From positions 1,054,001 through 1,118,000 of the forward strand of contig BQFW01000004.1 in NCBI GenBank assembly GCA_020891255.1: a stretch of DNA of 64,000 bases, given 5' to 3'. Below the pieces are notes generated by a model. That model saw only the letters and a program-made list of their open reading frames with translations, was not told where the DNA came from and ran no database searches. How positions within the stretch are numbered: the first letter of the stretch is position 1; each line of letters starts with the position of its first letter. Source of the DNA: Entomortierella parvispora E1425 (taxonomy: Eukaryota; Fungi; Mortierellomycota). Shown in pieces: positions 45,150 through 58,072 of this stretch. The position numbers and the translations under genes were made by a program.

Positions 45150-45967
45150 CGGACTTCTTGGTGGGGACGGTGGTGTTACGCTTGATGAGAGCAGTCATGA
45201 CACCTCCGGCAGTCTCAATTCCGAGAGAGAGAGGGGCAACATCGAGCAAGAGAAGATCCTGGGTCTTCTCGGAGGTATCACCGGTAAGAATGGCGGCCTG
45301 GACGGCAGCACCGTAGGCAACGGCCTCATCGGGGTTGATAGACTTGTTGGGCTCCTTGCCGTTGAAGAAGTCGGAAACCATCTTCTGGATCTTGGGGATA
45401 CGGGTGGATCCTCCGACCAAGACGATCTCGTCAACGAGACCCTTGTCGATCTTGGAGTCACGGAGAACCTTCTCGACGGGCTCCATGGTGTTGCGGAACA
45501 AGTCCTGGTTCAACTCCTCGAAACGAGCACGGGTAAGGGAAGTGTAGAAGTCAATACCCTCGAAGAGCGAGTCAATCTCGATGGAGGTCTGGGCAGAGGA
45601 CGACAAGGAGCGCTTAGCACGCTCGCAAGCGGTACGGAGACGACGGAGAGCACGGGGGTTGGGAGAGAGATCCTTCTTGTGCTTGCGCTTGAACTCCTGG
45701 ACGAAGTGGTTGACGAGGCGGTTATCGAAATCCTCACCTCCCAAATGGGTATCACCAGCAGTGGCCTTGACCTCGAAAATACCATCCTCAATGGTCAAGA
45801 GGGAGACATCGAAGGTACCACCACCGAGATCGAAAATGAGAACGTTCTTCTCGCCAACGGTCTTCTTGTCCAAACCGTAGGCAATGGCGGCAGCGGTGGG
45901 CTCGTTGATGATACGAAGAATGTTCATACCGGCGATCATACCGGCATCCTTGGTGGCCTGACGCTGG

Positions 45968-45999
<32 letters not shown>

Positions 46000-47038
46000 A
46001 GCGTTGGTGACGGTAGTTCCGAGGTAGGCCTCAGCAGTCTCGCGCATCTTGGTCAAGACCATGGAGGAGATCTCCTCGGGGGTGAACTCCTTGGTCTCGC
46101 CCTTGTACTCGACCTGGATGTAGGGCTTGGTAGCCTTATCAATGACCTTGAAGGGCCAGTGCTTCATGTCGGACTGAACATCCTTGTCATCGAAGCGGCG
46201 ACCGATAAGACGCTTGGCATCGAAGACGGTGTTGATGGGGTTCATGGCGACCTGGTTCTTGGCGGCATCACCGATAAGACGCTCAGAGTCAGTGAATCCG
46301 ACATAGGAGGGGGTGGTGCGGTTACCCTGGTCGTTGGCGATAATCTCGACACGATCGTTCTGCCAGACGGCAACGCAAGAGTAGGTAGTACCGAGATCGA
46401 TACCGACGGCTGGAGGAAACGAAAAAGACAGAAGCGATTAGTTTTCTGCAGACAGATCGCGATCTCGCAAAAGATGAGGGAGGTTTGCGGGGAGGGAGGA
46501 CAGGCACGTGATGCTATTGGTCGCTTTTGTTGTGTGCGCAGAGGAAGCCAATAGAACAAAAAAGAAAAAAATCTTGATTGGACTTCTGGTGCAACACGGC
46601 AAAGCGAAAGCGTGGGCGCGGTAGCATCCAAGATTGACAAGATGTCTCCACCCGTACAGTCTCTGCTAGCCAGGCCGTGAAGCCTAGTATCCTGGATCGA
46701 TCTACTCCGTGTCCTCGGCGCGACCTTCGAGTAGATCATCATCATCCCGAGAGCGAGACAAGATAAGCGAGCCAAGGCGCGATTCCCAAATCCGTGGTCC
46801 AGTTGAGCAAAGCGAGCACAACACGCAAGGAGGGAACGCTGCCGATCCAGTGAAGGTGCAGAGCCAGAGCGAGAAACAGAACTCGAAAGAGGTCAAGGTC
46901 GAGCCTGAGGAGGTGAAGCCTCGGCTGATCAGATTGACGAGGGACGATGGAACAGATCCAGCAAGATGTCAAGAAGGGAGAGGGTAGTGGAGCGAGGAGA
47001 GAGAAATGAGATGAGGGCTTACCTTTTCCTTCAGACAT
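44488..47038 (-). CDS. HSP70: Cytosolic Hsp70 (SSA class)
   Basis: 16-nt exon 1 (47038-47023, MSEGK), 613-nt intron, exon 2 46409-44488. [34 protein letters not shown]-terminal PTIEEVD. Strong codon bias. Confidence 0.98.
46640..46750 (-). ncRNA. Candidate intronic structured RNA with H/ACA-like layout
   Basis: Sense strand of the HSP70 intron: hairpin GATCTACTC/GAGTAGATC, then ATACTA (ANANNA), second stem CTTCAC/GTGGAG followed directly by ACA. Second hairpin is short and no target was identified. Confidence 0.25.
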
Positions 47039-47469
47039 GATGTTAGTTATGGGAGTGGTGGGAGAGAGGGAGAGGGATGTGGGAGAAAAGGAAAAAGAAA
47101 AAAGAGTGGAGGAAGGCCCCCCACCACGATCTTATATGTCCCGCTCGCCTTCCTTTTGCTTCCACCACGTTCCATCGCCTTTGCCACAGGAAGGCAGAGC
47201 ACAGAAGCACTGGCTGACGGCACAAAATCTTTGATTTTAGTTTCTCGGCCTGCCGCAATATTGACACGTATACGACAATGGTCGTGTTGTACGTGGAAAT
47301 TGTGTAATCGCTCACGCTGAGTCGATCTGGTTCATTCTGGTGCTTTCCCGAGTCCACGGGGGGGAGATCTTATCTGGTTTCTTCTTCGCGCGATCACAGA
47401 CAATGCCCCTTCCCCTGAATGTCATAATTGTTAGGATAAATAGATATGTTCACTTTATTATTATGTTTT

Positions 47470-50400
47470 TCATTTCTTCGTGTGCGTGCGCTCAATGATC
47501 TGCACGTCTTCCTTGATCTCGGGAAGTGGCAAAGCACCGTCGAGACCCGATCGCGAAGGATGATCTAAGAACCCGACCTTTACCATGTAGGCTAGATAGA
47601 TTCCGATTTGTGACTCGTCCATTCGAGGAGTGCCCTGTGCAAAAGCCTGGCTGGAATCACCCGTTACCACAACATGTTGTGTGTGGCTATCATTAAGCTC
47701 AGGCGACTTGGTGGCTGTGGGCAGGTCGTCCATGACCAAGTGCAAAAGAGGGAACAGGGCGCTGTCCTGACTCTTGAGTGTGTACTCCATCAGGGCCGTG
47801 CGCCACGCAATGTACTCTGTCATCTTGACATTGTATCCAAACTTGGCAAGCAATTGGAAAAAGTCGTTGAACCTGAATGGAGGGGCATTTGGATGTGTCA
47901 CGTGGAAGACCATGGACTCCTCAGAGCCAGGCGTCGTGGCAACAGAGACCACGCACTGGGCAACGTAATCAACGGGGCACAGGTTCACGGCATTGTTGAT
48001 GTTGGGCACCTGTCCGAGCTCAATGCAGCCCTTGATCAGACGCCAGATAAAGTCATCGGTGTTGGTAACCCCAGTGCGGGTGTGACCAAGTACATATCCA
48101 GGACGAATGATAGTCGCGGGGAGACCGTTCTTGTTCGCAGCCATGATCAACTTTTCCGCCACCCACTTCGACTGACCATATCCGCTACGAAGACCATATC
48201 TGGCTCCTTCGAGATTGTCAGTTTCTGGCACGCCGCTGCGGTTCGAGTCGGCCAATGCATCGGAGAGCTCACTGTAGTGGGCAGTATCCAAGACCGAAGT
48301 GGAAGAGACAAAGTTAAAGGCCTTTGTGTGATGGGTGCTCGCCATCTTAAGGCCTTGAAGAGTACCCATAACGTTGGCGGCACGCATCTTGGGGTAAGGG
48401 TAGACCCAGTGGACCAGAGCTCCGTTGTGAACAATAACGTCAACAGTGCGGCAGCAAAGTTCCCAAGACTCGGCGCTCAGTCCAAATTGCTCCTCGGCGA
48501 GATCACCCTGGACAACTGACAAGCGCCTAGTAGCCACCCAGGCTTCGTCCCAGATCAAATGTGTCTTTCCACAGCTACGAACACGCTCCATAGCCTGCTC
48601 TGGCGAGGACGCACGCACGAGACAAATGACCCTGGCGGTGGGGTTGCTCCTGAGCAAATTGGAGAGAATAAAGGCTCCAAGGAAGCCGGTTGCACCGGTC
48701 AGGAAGAACGTCTGGAAGTTCATCTTATCTTCACGCTCCACACGCTCATACTGGGCTTGGATCTCAGTCTTGCAAAGCAGCTCAAAGTCGCTGCTGTAGT
48801 CAAACTCTTTCTCCTCCTCGACGGCAGCTTGGTTCTCTTCTGCTGATTGGTCCACATCCAGGTGCAGCTCCTCCATTCCCAGTCGGCTCACTTCCTTGGC
48901 CATGCCACCGATCGTGGGCTCTCTGAACACCAGGTTCAGTGGTACGTCCACACGACATACCCGGCGGACCTCAAAAATCAAGCGAGTCGCAAGGATTGAG
49001 TGACCACCGAGATCGAAAAAGTTCTCGTTGAGAGGGATCCAGGTGGGGCTGGAGGGCAGCAACTGCTTCCAAATGGCGTGGATCGACTGCTGAGTAGTGG
49101 TCATGGTAGGTCCATCTTGAGGGACAGTTGGAGCAGATATGGCCGCTGCAGAGTGGCCATTAAACTGTGGGGTATCTGGATAAGGCAAAGCATTCTTGTC
49201 GACCTTGCCATTGGGCGTCAATGGCATTCTTGACAAAGGAACAAACACACTTGGGATGCTATAAGCTGGGAGCTTGGCCTTCAAATGCTCACGAATATCA
49301 CGGATAAGTCGGCGGTAACGTCTCTTGCTGTCCGACCCGTCAGTGCGATCGCCTTCGTCTGCACTACTCATGAAGATGTCGTCCTCACTTGGTGCTACAG
49401 GAATAAAGTAGCTCACAAGGGTCTGCTCCTCGTTCTTGTCACGACGGACAAGAGTTACGTTCTCGCGCACCAAGGCATGTTGCGACAGGTGAGTATCGAT
49501 CTCACCCAACTCGATACGGAAACCACGGATCTTGACCTGATCGTCAGCTCGACCAGAGCACTCCACGTTGCCATCAGGGCGGTAGCGTCCCAAATCTCCA
49601 GTGCGATAAAGTCGGTCGCGGCGACCCTTCCAATGTCCCCCCCACTCTGGCTTTCCATTTATCTCTTGAGGTCCAGGTGGAGCAAGGTCGTCGCCGAGCC
49701 AGTTGGTCAAAAACTTTTCCTTGGTGGCACCCTCCAGCTGCAGGTAGCCCTCAGCCAATCCACCAGCGCGGACATAGATTTCACCAACCTCACCCACGCC
49801 ACAAAGGCGATTGCTGACGCGATTGATGACTAGGAGCTGGACGTTCATCATGCCACGGCCAGCAGGCATGATATCTTTCTCAGAGCTCAGGAACAGAGGA
49901 TCACTGGCAACAGAAGGGATCGAGTAGTAAGATACCGCACGCTGGGTTTCTGTGGTTCCGTACATGTTGATCGTCCGGCAGTTCTCGGCAATCTTTTGCA
50001 GACGGTGAACATCTCTCTTGGTCAAGATATCGCCGACAAAGAAAGCATTCTTGAGGGAAGGCACGGGGTTCTGGGCATGAGATGTCAAAAGCTGACCCAT
50101 GGCTGGGGTCAGGTGAGTGACAGTGACTTCACTGTTTTGCATCCACACAGCCAACTGACCAGGGATACCAATGTCCTCGGTAGTGGGGATATGCAACTGC
50201 GCGCCCAGAAATAAGGGGGTGAATATGTCTCGCTGGATGGGATCGTGGGCAATTCCAGAAAGCATAGTGAAGCGATCCTGGTTGCTCAAGCCGAACTCCT
50301 GCTGCATCCAAGTGTAGTAGTGTGTCAGAGAGAAGTGACGTCCACGAACACCTAAAAGACAAAGCAAGTATGTTTATGTCAACATTTTGTCAATAGCTGG

Positions 50401-52278
50401 ATAGTACAATAGCAAATGAACAATAAAAAAAAAAAAAAAAAAAAGAAAGAAACATACCCTTGGGAATGCCAGTGCTTCCGCTCGTAAAACTGAGAGTCCC
50501 AATACTATCGGGTCCAACAATAACACCAACCTCCTGGCTGGCCAAATGTTGAACCGAATCCAAAGCATCAACACCATCACGGGTTTGCCCACCAAGCACA
50601 CTGCCGTCGCTGGCGATCTTCAATCCTGGAATCTCACAAATCACCTCGAAATCCTGTCCTTCTTCGATATACAAACGAACAGTGGGGTCCAGGGTTCCGG
50701 CATGCGCCAGTACAATCAATCCGCGAGGACGTGCAACAGAGAGATAGATCTTCTGGCGATTAGGAGGATATGCGGGATCTACAAAGAACAGTGTTGATTA
50801 ATATAACAGATCAAAAGTAAAGGATAGACAGGGATCTGGCTCTAATACCATACCAATGACGCTAAACGTTGCTCCGGCCTTGAGAACCGCCATAACAGCG
50901 ATCACCAAGTCCACGCCACGGTAAGCGTACACCATGACAACATCCTGAGGCTGGATTCCCCCCTCGATGAGAGCATGGGCTGCCAAATTCGATGCCTCGT
51001 GCAGTTGACCAAAAGTGTAAATATGCTTCTGCTGGCCAACGACTCGGCCGGATCCGTCCTCGCTAAGAATATCTCTGCTTTCAAAGACGCACTCCCGCTC
51101 GGGGAAAGCCCTGGCGTTCTTGGAAAAGATGTCATGAATGGCGCCAGGCCAATTGGACCAATGGAGATCTGCGGAGGGGTCAGGGAGAACGCCTCTGCAG
51201 GTAGGAGTCACAATAGCGATATCGCTGACCAGGATGTCTGGCTTGGGTCCGGCGAGAGTAATAATCTGGACCAATTGATCCAAAATATGCTGGATTCTCT
51301 TCGAGGAAAACAGAACCTGGTTGTAGGCAACCTTGAGCTCGATCTCTGGCAGCATTCCGAATCTCAAGGAAGAGGTCGCGTGGGAAATTAACGTGATGGT
51401 GAGATCAGTTGTAGCCGAGGTTGAGTTAAGGATATGATCTGCAGGTGTATCGAGCTCATTGAAGAAGCGCACTCTGAAGAGAGGGGCGGTCTGGGAGGGA
51501 GCCTCGCTGGTGGTGTTCCCTGGGAACAAGTGGGCCATGAGACTTGCAAAAGGAACCTCATCGTTTGCAGCTTCACTCTCCGCCTATATGTGCAAGGTAA
51601 ACGCATCGAGCTAGTGAGCACAACAGCACAAGAACGCACAGTTTATCAAGGAATTGCATCAATCCATCAAACTCTCGATCCATCACAGCAGTCCCCAAAC
51701 CGACTCAAAAAATGTCGCAGGGAAACGAGTCACTGGTGTGGCCAGTGCGCCGCTTGTCTCAGATCAGGACGATGATTCCCCGCAAGCAGTATTCATATAT
51801 CACTTACCAACTGAGCCTTCTCAACTACGTTCCGGAAGGTCTGGCTAGGGGTAACGCCCAAGCGAAGGACTACGGGGTTTCTTGCTTCAGAGGATGATCC
51901 GATGGACATGTCCTCGTCGCCTGTGTACCTGTGCAAAAGCACGGCGAACGCTGCCAAGAGGATCGTGAAGGGGGAGACATGGCTGCTCGACTTTCCTGTG
52001 GGTGTGCTGGATCCTGATCTCGTTGATCCAGAGGGGGTATTGATCGCCATACTTGCTTGCAAAAGCGCCAATGAAGTCTGTTCTGTGAGCTGAAGTGAAT
52101 GCACAGCCTCAACAATCTGAAGAGGGATGGGTCTTGGATAATCCGTTGGCAAGTGGATCTCTGTGAGAGCGTCAAGCCTGGTCTTCCAGCGGGCGAGTCT
52201 GTCCTTCAATAAGTCTGGGGAATCCAACAAATCTGCTCCATCCTGGGCAGGAAGAATGGCAATAGCGGCTGGTGGCAT
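47470..52278 (-). CDS. LYS2: L-2-aminoadipate reductase large subunit (A-T-R, NRPS-like)
   Basis: IHLPTDYPRP N-terminus, TLSFTSGSTGIPKG, INMYGTTETQR, RLYRTGDLGRY, DQVKIRGFRIELGEID, FFDLGGHSILAT (Ppant Ser), FLTGATGFLG, GYGQSKWVAE. Three introns. Confidence 0.97.
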
Positions 52279-52639
52279 ACTGGACTATGTGGGTGTGCTC
52301 GGTGTGAATCGTGGGTCTATGTACAAATACGAGAAGGGAGGGCGAAAATGCAAAGTGTGGAAGCAGTGAGCAGGTAGCAAGGATAAACGAGGAGGGAATG
52401 CTGATGAGGTGAAAAAGAGAATGAAGAGAAGATGGGACAGGCCCGCCTTTTTAAGTATGTGGGCAGCGCACTTGATTCGATGGACAGATCGATGCGATAC
52501 GATATGGCAAAAAGTGAATGCAAAAAGTTGATATTATCACGATCGAGATATGATTCGAGATATTTGAATAAAATTCAGCTGTGACTGCCAATGATTATCA
52601 CTTTTTTTTTTTTGATTCTTGGGACTTGTTGCTACCGCT

Positions 52640-53475
52640 CTACTCGCTGTCGAAGAGCCCATAGGTCAGCCCAGTAAGCGCTCGCGGTAGTAGCTGGACT
52701 CAGGTGTCTTTTCTTACGAGATCCAGCCCTCATCCTTAATTCGAAGGTAGCCAACCCCGGAACGTGTATTGTTCATTCAAGAGTTGATCGATCGCGACAG
52801 TAGTCTTGATATCTGCCAGCGAAACCCAATTACCAATGTAAAAGTCTCGGACTTCCCCCGTCTTGGGATCCTTATTCTTCCCCAACTCGAGCTCGTGCCG
52901 TTGAATCCATTGCGTTATTGTGACTTTGATAAACAAGTCGCGCTCCGTTTCCAGGTCTTCTGCCTTGGCAAAGTATGCATCCTCGTGTCGGTGCATTATC
53001 GCCAGTGTAGGAGACCAGGTGTGTGTGATACTGAAGCGATTTTATATCTGACTACTAGAAAAGAACCCAAGGATTTGAGTGTCCTCAAAGGCATTGTCAC
53101 CAAGTAGGTCGAAGGCTCGGGCAAGACGCAATTCGATCGCCAAGGCTTCAGCATGCTCAACTACAGGCTCTTCAGCAGTGTCGGGCGAGGTGAACGTTTC
53201 ATAGAGGATGGGGAGAGTTCCAAACCTCGTCAATGGCTTTGCATAGCACGCCTAGGTTATGAAAGATAATTTTGTCAGTCAGTGGCCTAAAAAAAAGAGG
53301 CGCACATATAACTTTTTGTTGCATATTCATTTACGTCACATATCGGGCTCGTAGTCTCCCAGTTGGCGTCGGCGAAATGCAGGTATTGCACGCGCGGTGG
53401 CTCATGGGTCTGAACATTGAAGTAGTAAAACTCAAAGGTATTCCTTCGTCCGTTTCAAGTCCTTGCCAAGTTCAT
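52640..53475 (-). pseudogene. Glutathione S-transferase pseudogene
   Basis: FEFYYFNVQTH.., intron 53334-53252, KPLTRFGTLPILYE...EALAIELRLARAFDLLGDNAFE, C-terminal FYIGNWVSLADIKT. In-frame stops at 53457-55 (TGA), 53044-42 (TAA) and 52716-14 (TAA in IS*EKTPE), plus frameshifts. Confidence 0.82.
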
Positions 53476-54044
53476 TAGACGATACATTGATTGTTGGGAC
53501 AGGGAGAACAGGGTGAGGTGATATAGTTGTCATGCGTTGCTATGTTTTGAAAAGCCAAGCGAATAAGGTAGACGGGGCAGGAGAGAAAGGAGCAGTGTTG
53601 GAACAGCACCTATAACGATCATTCTAAGGTACTTTCGCGGTTGTTGTTTGACAGCGGTGACTAGAATGGCTGCGGTTGCAGCTTTGTAATTCGAATCGGC
53701 GGTGTGTTCTGATCGTCTCTTTTACCGGGGAAAGGTCCTAAGAAACAAGACTACGGCAAAACACCATAGGACACGTCGCCACCATGCCAATGAACGCACG
53801 ATAGTCTAGACTCGGTCACGATGTCTCCAGATTTAGGATATACCATTGAAGATCGAGATGAACGCTAGATGCTAGACTATTCACTCGGAAACCTGCTCTG
53901 AAAGTGACACTGAGGTCCGTTTTATTTATTTCTCGTTATGACTAAGGCCAAAATTGTCGGTATGTACAAATCGAAAGGATGGTTGTGGAGAGCGCAAGTT
54001 GACACGCAGATCAAGGTTGATGCTCGTTCCCGCCAAGAGTCAAT

Positions 54045-54677
54045 TTAGAGAGTACGGTTCTTCAAGAGAGCCATTTCAACAGCGCCCTGACCCCAATCAA
54101 GGCCGTGGTTGTGCCCCTTTCCTGCCTTGTCCATACCAGCGCGGTTGAGGGCCTGTTCCTCAGTCAAGCAGGTCAATACACCAAAGATGACTGGCACGCC
54201 AGAGTCCAAACCAACACGCATGATGCCCTGAGAGACTGCCTCACAGATGTATTCAAAGTGCATAGTCGATCCCTTGATTAAGACTCCAATGCAGATCACG
54301 GCATCGAAGGCCTGCTTGCTAGCGGTGGAGGTGGCAGCAGGGGTTGAGGTGGCAGGAGAAGACGTGCCTGTGAGGTTCAATCCGTCCAAAAGGCTGACAT
54401 TGCCCATGAGATCATTCGCTCCCTCAGCAGCACGGATCTGGGAAACTTCAAGCAACTTCTTGGCGGCAAATGGCAACTCGTATGCTCCAGGCACAGACTC
54501 AATAACAATGTTCTCAGGGCGGACCTTATGTTGTTCCACCATGGCCTTCTTGGCTCCCTCGACAAGTCCCTGGACAATGGGTGAGTTCCAGCGGGTGTGA
54601 ACAATGAGGATACGGAGGTTGGAACCGTCCTGGGGAACGGCAGCGGGCTCGAGACCTTTATGGAATTCGTCAATCAT
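54045..54677 (-). CDS. RIB4: 6,7-dimethyl-8-ribityllumazine synthase
   Basis: LRILIVHTRWN, VPGAYELPF, AVICIGVLIKGSTMHFEYI, PVIFGVLTC, HNHGLDWGQGAVEMA. Intronless, with a low-complexity insertion. Confidence 0.96.
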   Translation of the reverse strand: MIDEFHKGLEPAAVPQDGSNLRILIVHTRWNSPIVQGLVEGAKKAMVEQHKVRPENIVIESVPGAYELPFAAKKLLEVSQIRAAEGANDLMGNVSLLDGLNLTGTSSPATSTPAATSTASKQAFDAVICIGVLIKGSTMHFEYICEAVSQGIMRVGLDSGVPVIFGVLTCLTEEQALNRAGMDKAGKGHNHGLDWGQGAVEMALLKNRTL

Positions 54678-54954
54678 GGTTACGGTGATGGGTATTGAGG
54701 AGAGTGAGAGTGATGGAGATTGATGGAAGGAAATGTCGCGAGGGTGGTGTCGCGGAGGAAGTGGCTGTGGCTTTGATTCATTTCAATTTTTTCAATTTTT
54801 GCATGATCTGATGACGAGTGTATATTATTGTACAAACGGGGGCTGACTCTCTATTCTTTGGATGGAGGGGTAATAGGCATGCCGTGCGATGATGATGATG
54901 ATGAGATGTAGTTGTTAGGCGGTTGAGTGATACTAGCTTCCTGCTCTTGTCTAC

Positions 54955-55918
54955 TCATGTCATAAAACTCTGGCCACATCCGCAAGACTCCTTGACGTTA
55001 GGATTGTTGAATACAAACTGAGCAGAGAGTTTGTCCTCAACGTAATCCATCTCTGATCCAAGAACCGAAAGCAACGCCTTGTTGTCCACAAGTACAGTTA
55101 CACCTACGAGAAGAGAGATTGAGCTGGTTAGGCATTGTCATTATCACCCTTGTTAAAACAAACGTCCTCGTTCTTGTGCACTGTCATCCTTACCATCTTG
55201 CTTGATCTCCTCGTCAAACTTCTCTTTCTTGGTTGTGTACTGAAGGTCGTATTGCTGTCCTGAGCAGCCCTTTGTACGGATGCCTACGCGGATCACCTTG
55301 GGCTCTGGTCCTTCGGTGAGAGAGCGCAGACGGTTGACAGCCGATGGTGTCTGCAGAGCGAAAATAGTCCAAACGCAAAGAAGAAGCGAGAGTATCCATG
55401 TCCAACGTCAAAGTTGTTGGGGTGGTGATAGTGATGGTATTGGATACATGGTTACAAAGCGGGTCGATCCGAGTCCCGGGAAGAGGCGAGGCGAGGCGAA
55501 GACAGACCAAGTGATCCACACGGTTGTCAAAGGTCCCGATTTCAAATAAAATTTCGGTGGGGTGACAAAAAAGTCAAAGCCGAATGCGAGGTCCGAAAAT
55601 GAAACAGCGCAGTGGGGGGTCCAGACAAGAGCAGAGCGGATGTTGATGTCGACCAAAAAATATTGGTTCCAAGATGTCCATGAAGCAGAGTCAGACGTCG
55701 ATGAACCACAGATGAAGATGTACCGAAGAAAGGGAGGAAGGAGAATAATAGAGATTCACATTGTTAGATTTGGTTTTGCCCATTGTGTGCCTGTTGGTGC
55801 AGACACAAACGGCATGATGTAGCATTAACCATGAGCCACGTACGAGAGTGAGGACGGCCTTCCTTGGGCGAGGGATCCTTGGGGTTGCTGCCTTGACGAC
55901 CTTCGCTGCCAATGACAT
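54955..55918 (-). CDS. ISA1: Mitochondrial Fe-S cluster assembly protein Isa1/IscA1
   Basis: Three exons splice to MSLAAKVVKAATPRIPRPRKAVLTL|TPSAVNRL...KGCSGQQYDLQY...|GVTVLVDNKALLSVLGSEMDYVEDKLSAQFVFNNPNVKESCGCGQSF. Not present in the supplied ORF track. Confidence 0.93.
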
Positions 55919-56189
55919 GTTAGATGTAGGTAGTAGTGAGAGTATTTGCTGTGGTGAGGAGGGAAAGTACAGAAAAAAAATAGTGCGTGGGGAGAGGGAG
56001 AGAGTTGAACTTCCAGAAAGGGTCGAATCCTCCGAACTTCACTTCAAAGGCGGATCCAAACACAGTCACCGAGCGTCTTTCCTGGTCTGACCGACAGTCG
56101 CGTTGCCGCTGATCAGCCCTTCTCTCGTCAACTCATCCATTCCCACCAGGCACCGACACCGCCATTCTGTAGCAACGCTTTAAAACCCC

Positions 56190-58072
56190 ATGCTCTCCAT
56201 AGTCAGGACGAAATGCGTTACTCCTAGGAGTGTCCATGCAATTGTCTCAAGCAGATCCGCCCTCGCCAACTCACAAGGGACAAGTCTGTCGAAGCAGACG
56301 AGGCAGCGTCTCTCTACGACGTCAAGGCTCTTCAAATCACTCGAGTCTCCACCATCTACACCAGTCGTCGTCGCAGAGGCTGGTATCGACCAGACACCAG
56401 CCTTGATCTTGAAGCCCCATATCAACTTTAAGGCCCTGGCTGGATCCGCATCTGCTATGGAGTCCAACATCAAGCATCGTAACCTTCCCGATTCGATCTC
56501 AGTCGCAACAGTGAACGCCCTTTACCGAACTGTGGGAGAAAAGACACACCAGCTGGAAATGGCCCGAGCAGAACGCAATCAGATTGCGGCAGAGATGAAG
56601 AGCCTCTTTGGCGGTGAAGGATCAAAGTCAAAGAAGTCAAAAACGGCGACGAACTCTGCAGAGACCATGTCTCGAGAAGACAAGGAAGCTAGGCGTCAGG
56701 AACTAGTTCTACGCGGGAAGGCCGTGAAAGAGGGTATCCACGTACAGGAGGCCGAACTCTCGGCTCTGGAGTCGGAGCTCTATGAGCGCGCTGTCATGAT
56801 CCCTAATAGTACCCACCCAACCTCGCCAATCGGTCCTGAATCAGCAGCACAATTGGTCCGCCTCCAGGGCACCCCGCGCCTGAGCCCAGGTGTGAAGGCA
56901 TACGCACATCCAAGCTCAACAGGAGAGAATGACGACGAGCACGGCCAAGCATTGCAAGGAGAAGCCTCTGATTACCCACTTTTGGACCATGTGAGCCTTT
57001 CAAAGTCGCTGGATCTGATGGACTTTGAGTCGGCTACAGCAGTAACAGGATCTCGATGGTACTATCTTAAGAATGAAGCAGCACTACTGGAGTTGGCACT
57101 AATTCAGTTTGCAACCCAGCGCGCTGTTCAGGCGGGCTACATGCCTGTGATCACGCCAGATGTTGTTCGCCCTGAAGTCGTTCAAGCTTGCGGATTTCAA
57201 CCTAGAGATGAGGCTTCTCAGACATACTGGGTATCAACAGTTGCCCCTGGTTCAGCCCGCGCAAGCACTGTGGAGGGAGTGCGACATCATCAGCGCTCGG
57301 CGCTTTGTCTTGTTGCGACCGCAGAGATTGCTTTGGCTGGGATGAACCTGAACAAGGTCCTGAAAGAGAGTCAGCTGCCTATAAAGATGGCTGGATTTGG
57401 GCGTGCCTTCAGAGCTGAGGCAGGGTCAAGAGGAGCTGAAGTCAAGGGACTGTACAGAGTCCACCAGTTTAGCAAAGTAGAACTATTCGTGTTGTCCAAG
57501 GATGATCAAGGCGAAAGTGACAGGATTCTGGAGGAGATCCGACAATTCCAAGAGAATATCTTTGAAGAATTGGGTCTTTGCTACAGGTACATTATGATCC
57601 GATTCTCAGCTTTCGAATTCATCCTTTAATCCCTGCTGTGGCTAACAAGAGTTTTTATTTATTTTCTGTTGTTGGTAGGGTTCTTGATATGCCAACGGAA
57701 GAATTGGGCGCAAGTGCATACAAAAAGTACGATATTGAGGCCTGGATGCCTGGCAGGAATGGTTGGGGAGAAATCTCCTCAACATCCAACTGCACTGACT
57801 ACCAAGCACGGAGACTGAACATCCGCTACAGGGGTAGCAAGTCTGCCTCCCAGCGATCTGTCGAAGATTCGGAAGGAGGGTTGTCCACTACGACAGTACC
57901 ATCCTTGAAGTTTGTGCACACGCTGAACGGCACAGCGATGGCTATTCCTCGGATCATTGTCGCGCTCTTGGAGACATATCAGCAGAAAGACGGGTCTGTC
58001 CGATTGCCAGAATGCCTGTGGCCGTTTATGGGCGGTGTCCAGACAATCGAACCAAAAAAAAGCGAAAATTAG
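56190..58072 (+). CDS. DIA4: Mitochondrial seryl-tRNA synthetase
   Basis: Basic presequence-like N-terminus, [87 protein letters not shown]. One intron ~57588-57679. Confidence 0.93.

Noticed and set aside
44419-46554. 711-aa ORF on the + strand
   Set aside because: Exact antisense of highly codon-biased HSP70. Long antisense ORFs opposite HSP70 are a well-known artefact, and the translation has no domain-like features.
46410-47022. U14 snoRNA in the HSP70 intron (TCTTGGATG resembles domain B; ATGATGA present)
   Set aside because: No CTGA D box downstream on the sense strand and no domain A sequence.
51424-51436. ATATCCTTAAC resembling a U12 5' splice site/branch point in LYS2 (also GTATCCTT at ~28362 in STB6)
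   Set aside because: Both lie inside continuous reading frames (DHILNS; ERILG) with no matching acceptor needed.
47470-52278. NRPS-like gene as the core of a secondary-metabolite cluster
   Set aside because: Domain order and motifs are those of primary-metabolism LYS2, and the neighbours are housekeeping genes.
53455-53457. In-frame TGA near the GST start as possible selenocysteine
   Set aside because: It lies in a non-conserved N-terminal stretch, and the gene also has TAA stops and frameshifts, so it is simply a pseudogene.
54130-54142. GTATGG donor-like site near the RIB4 3' end
   Set aside because: The unspliced frame continues into the conserved HNHG.DWG..AVEM C-terminus.
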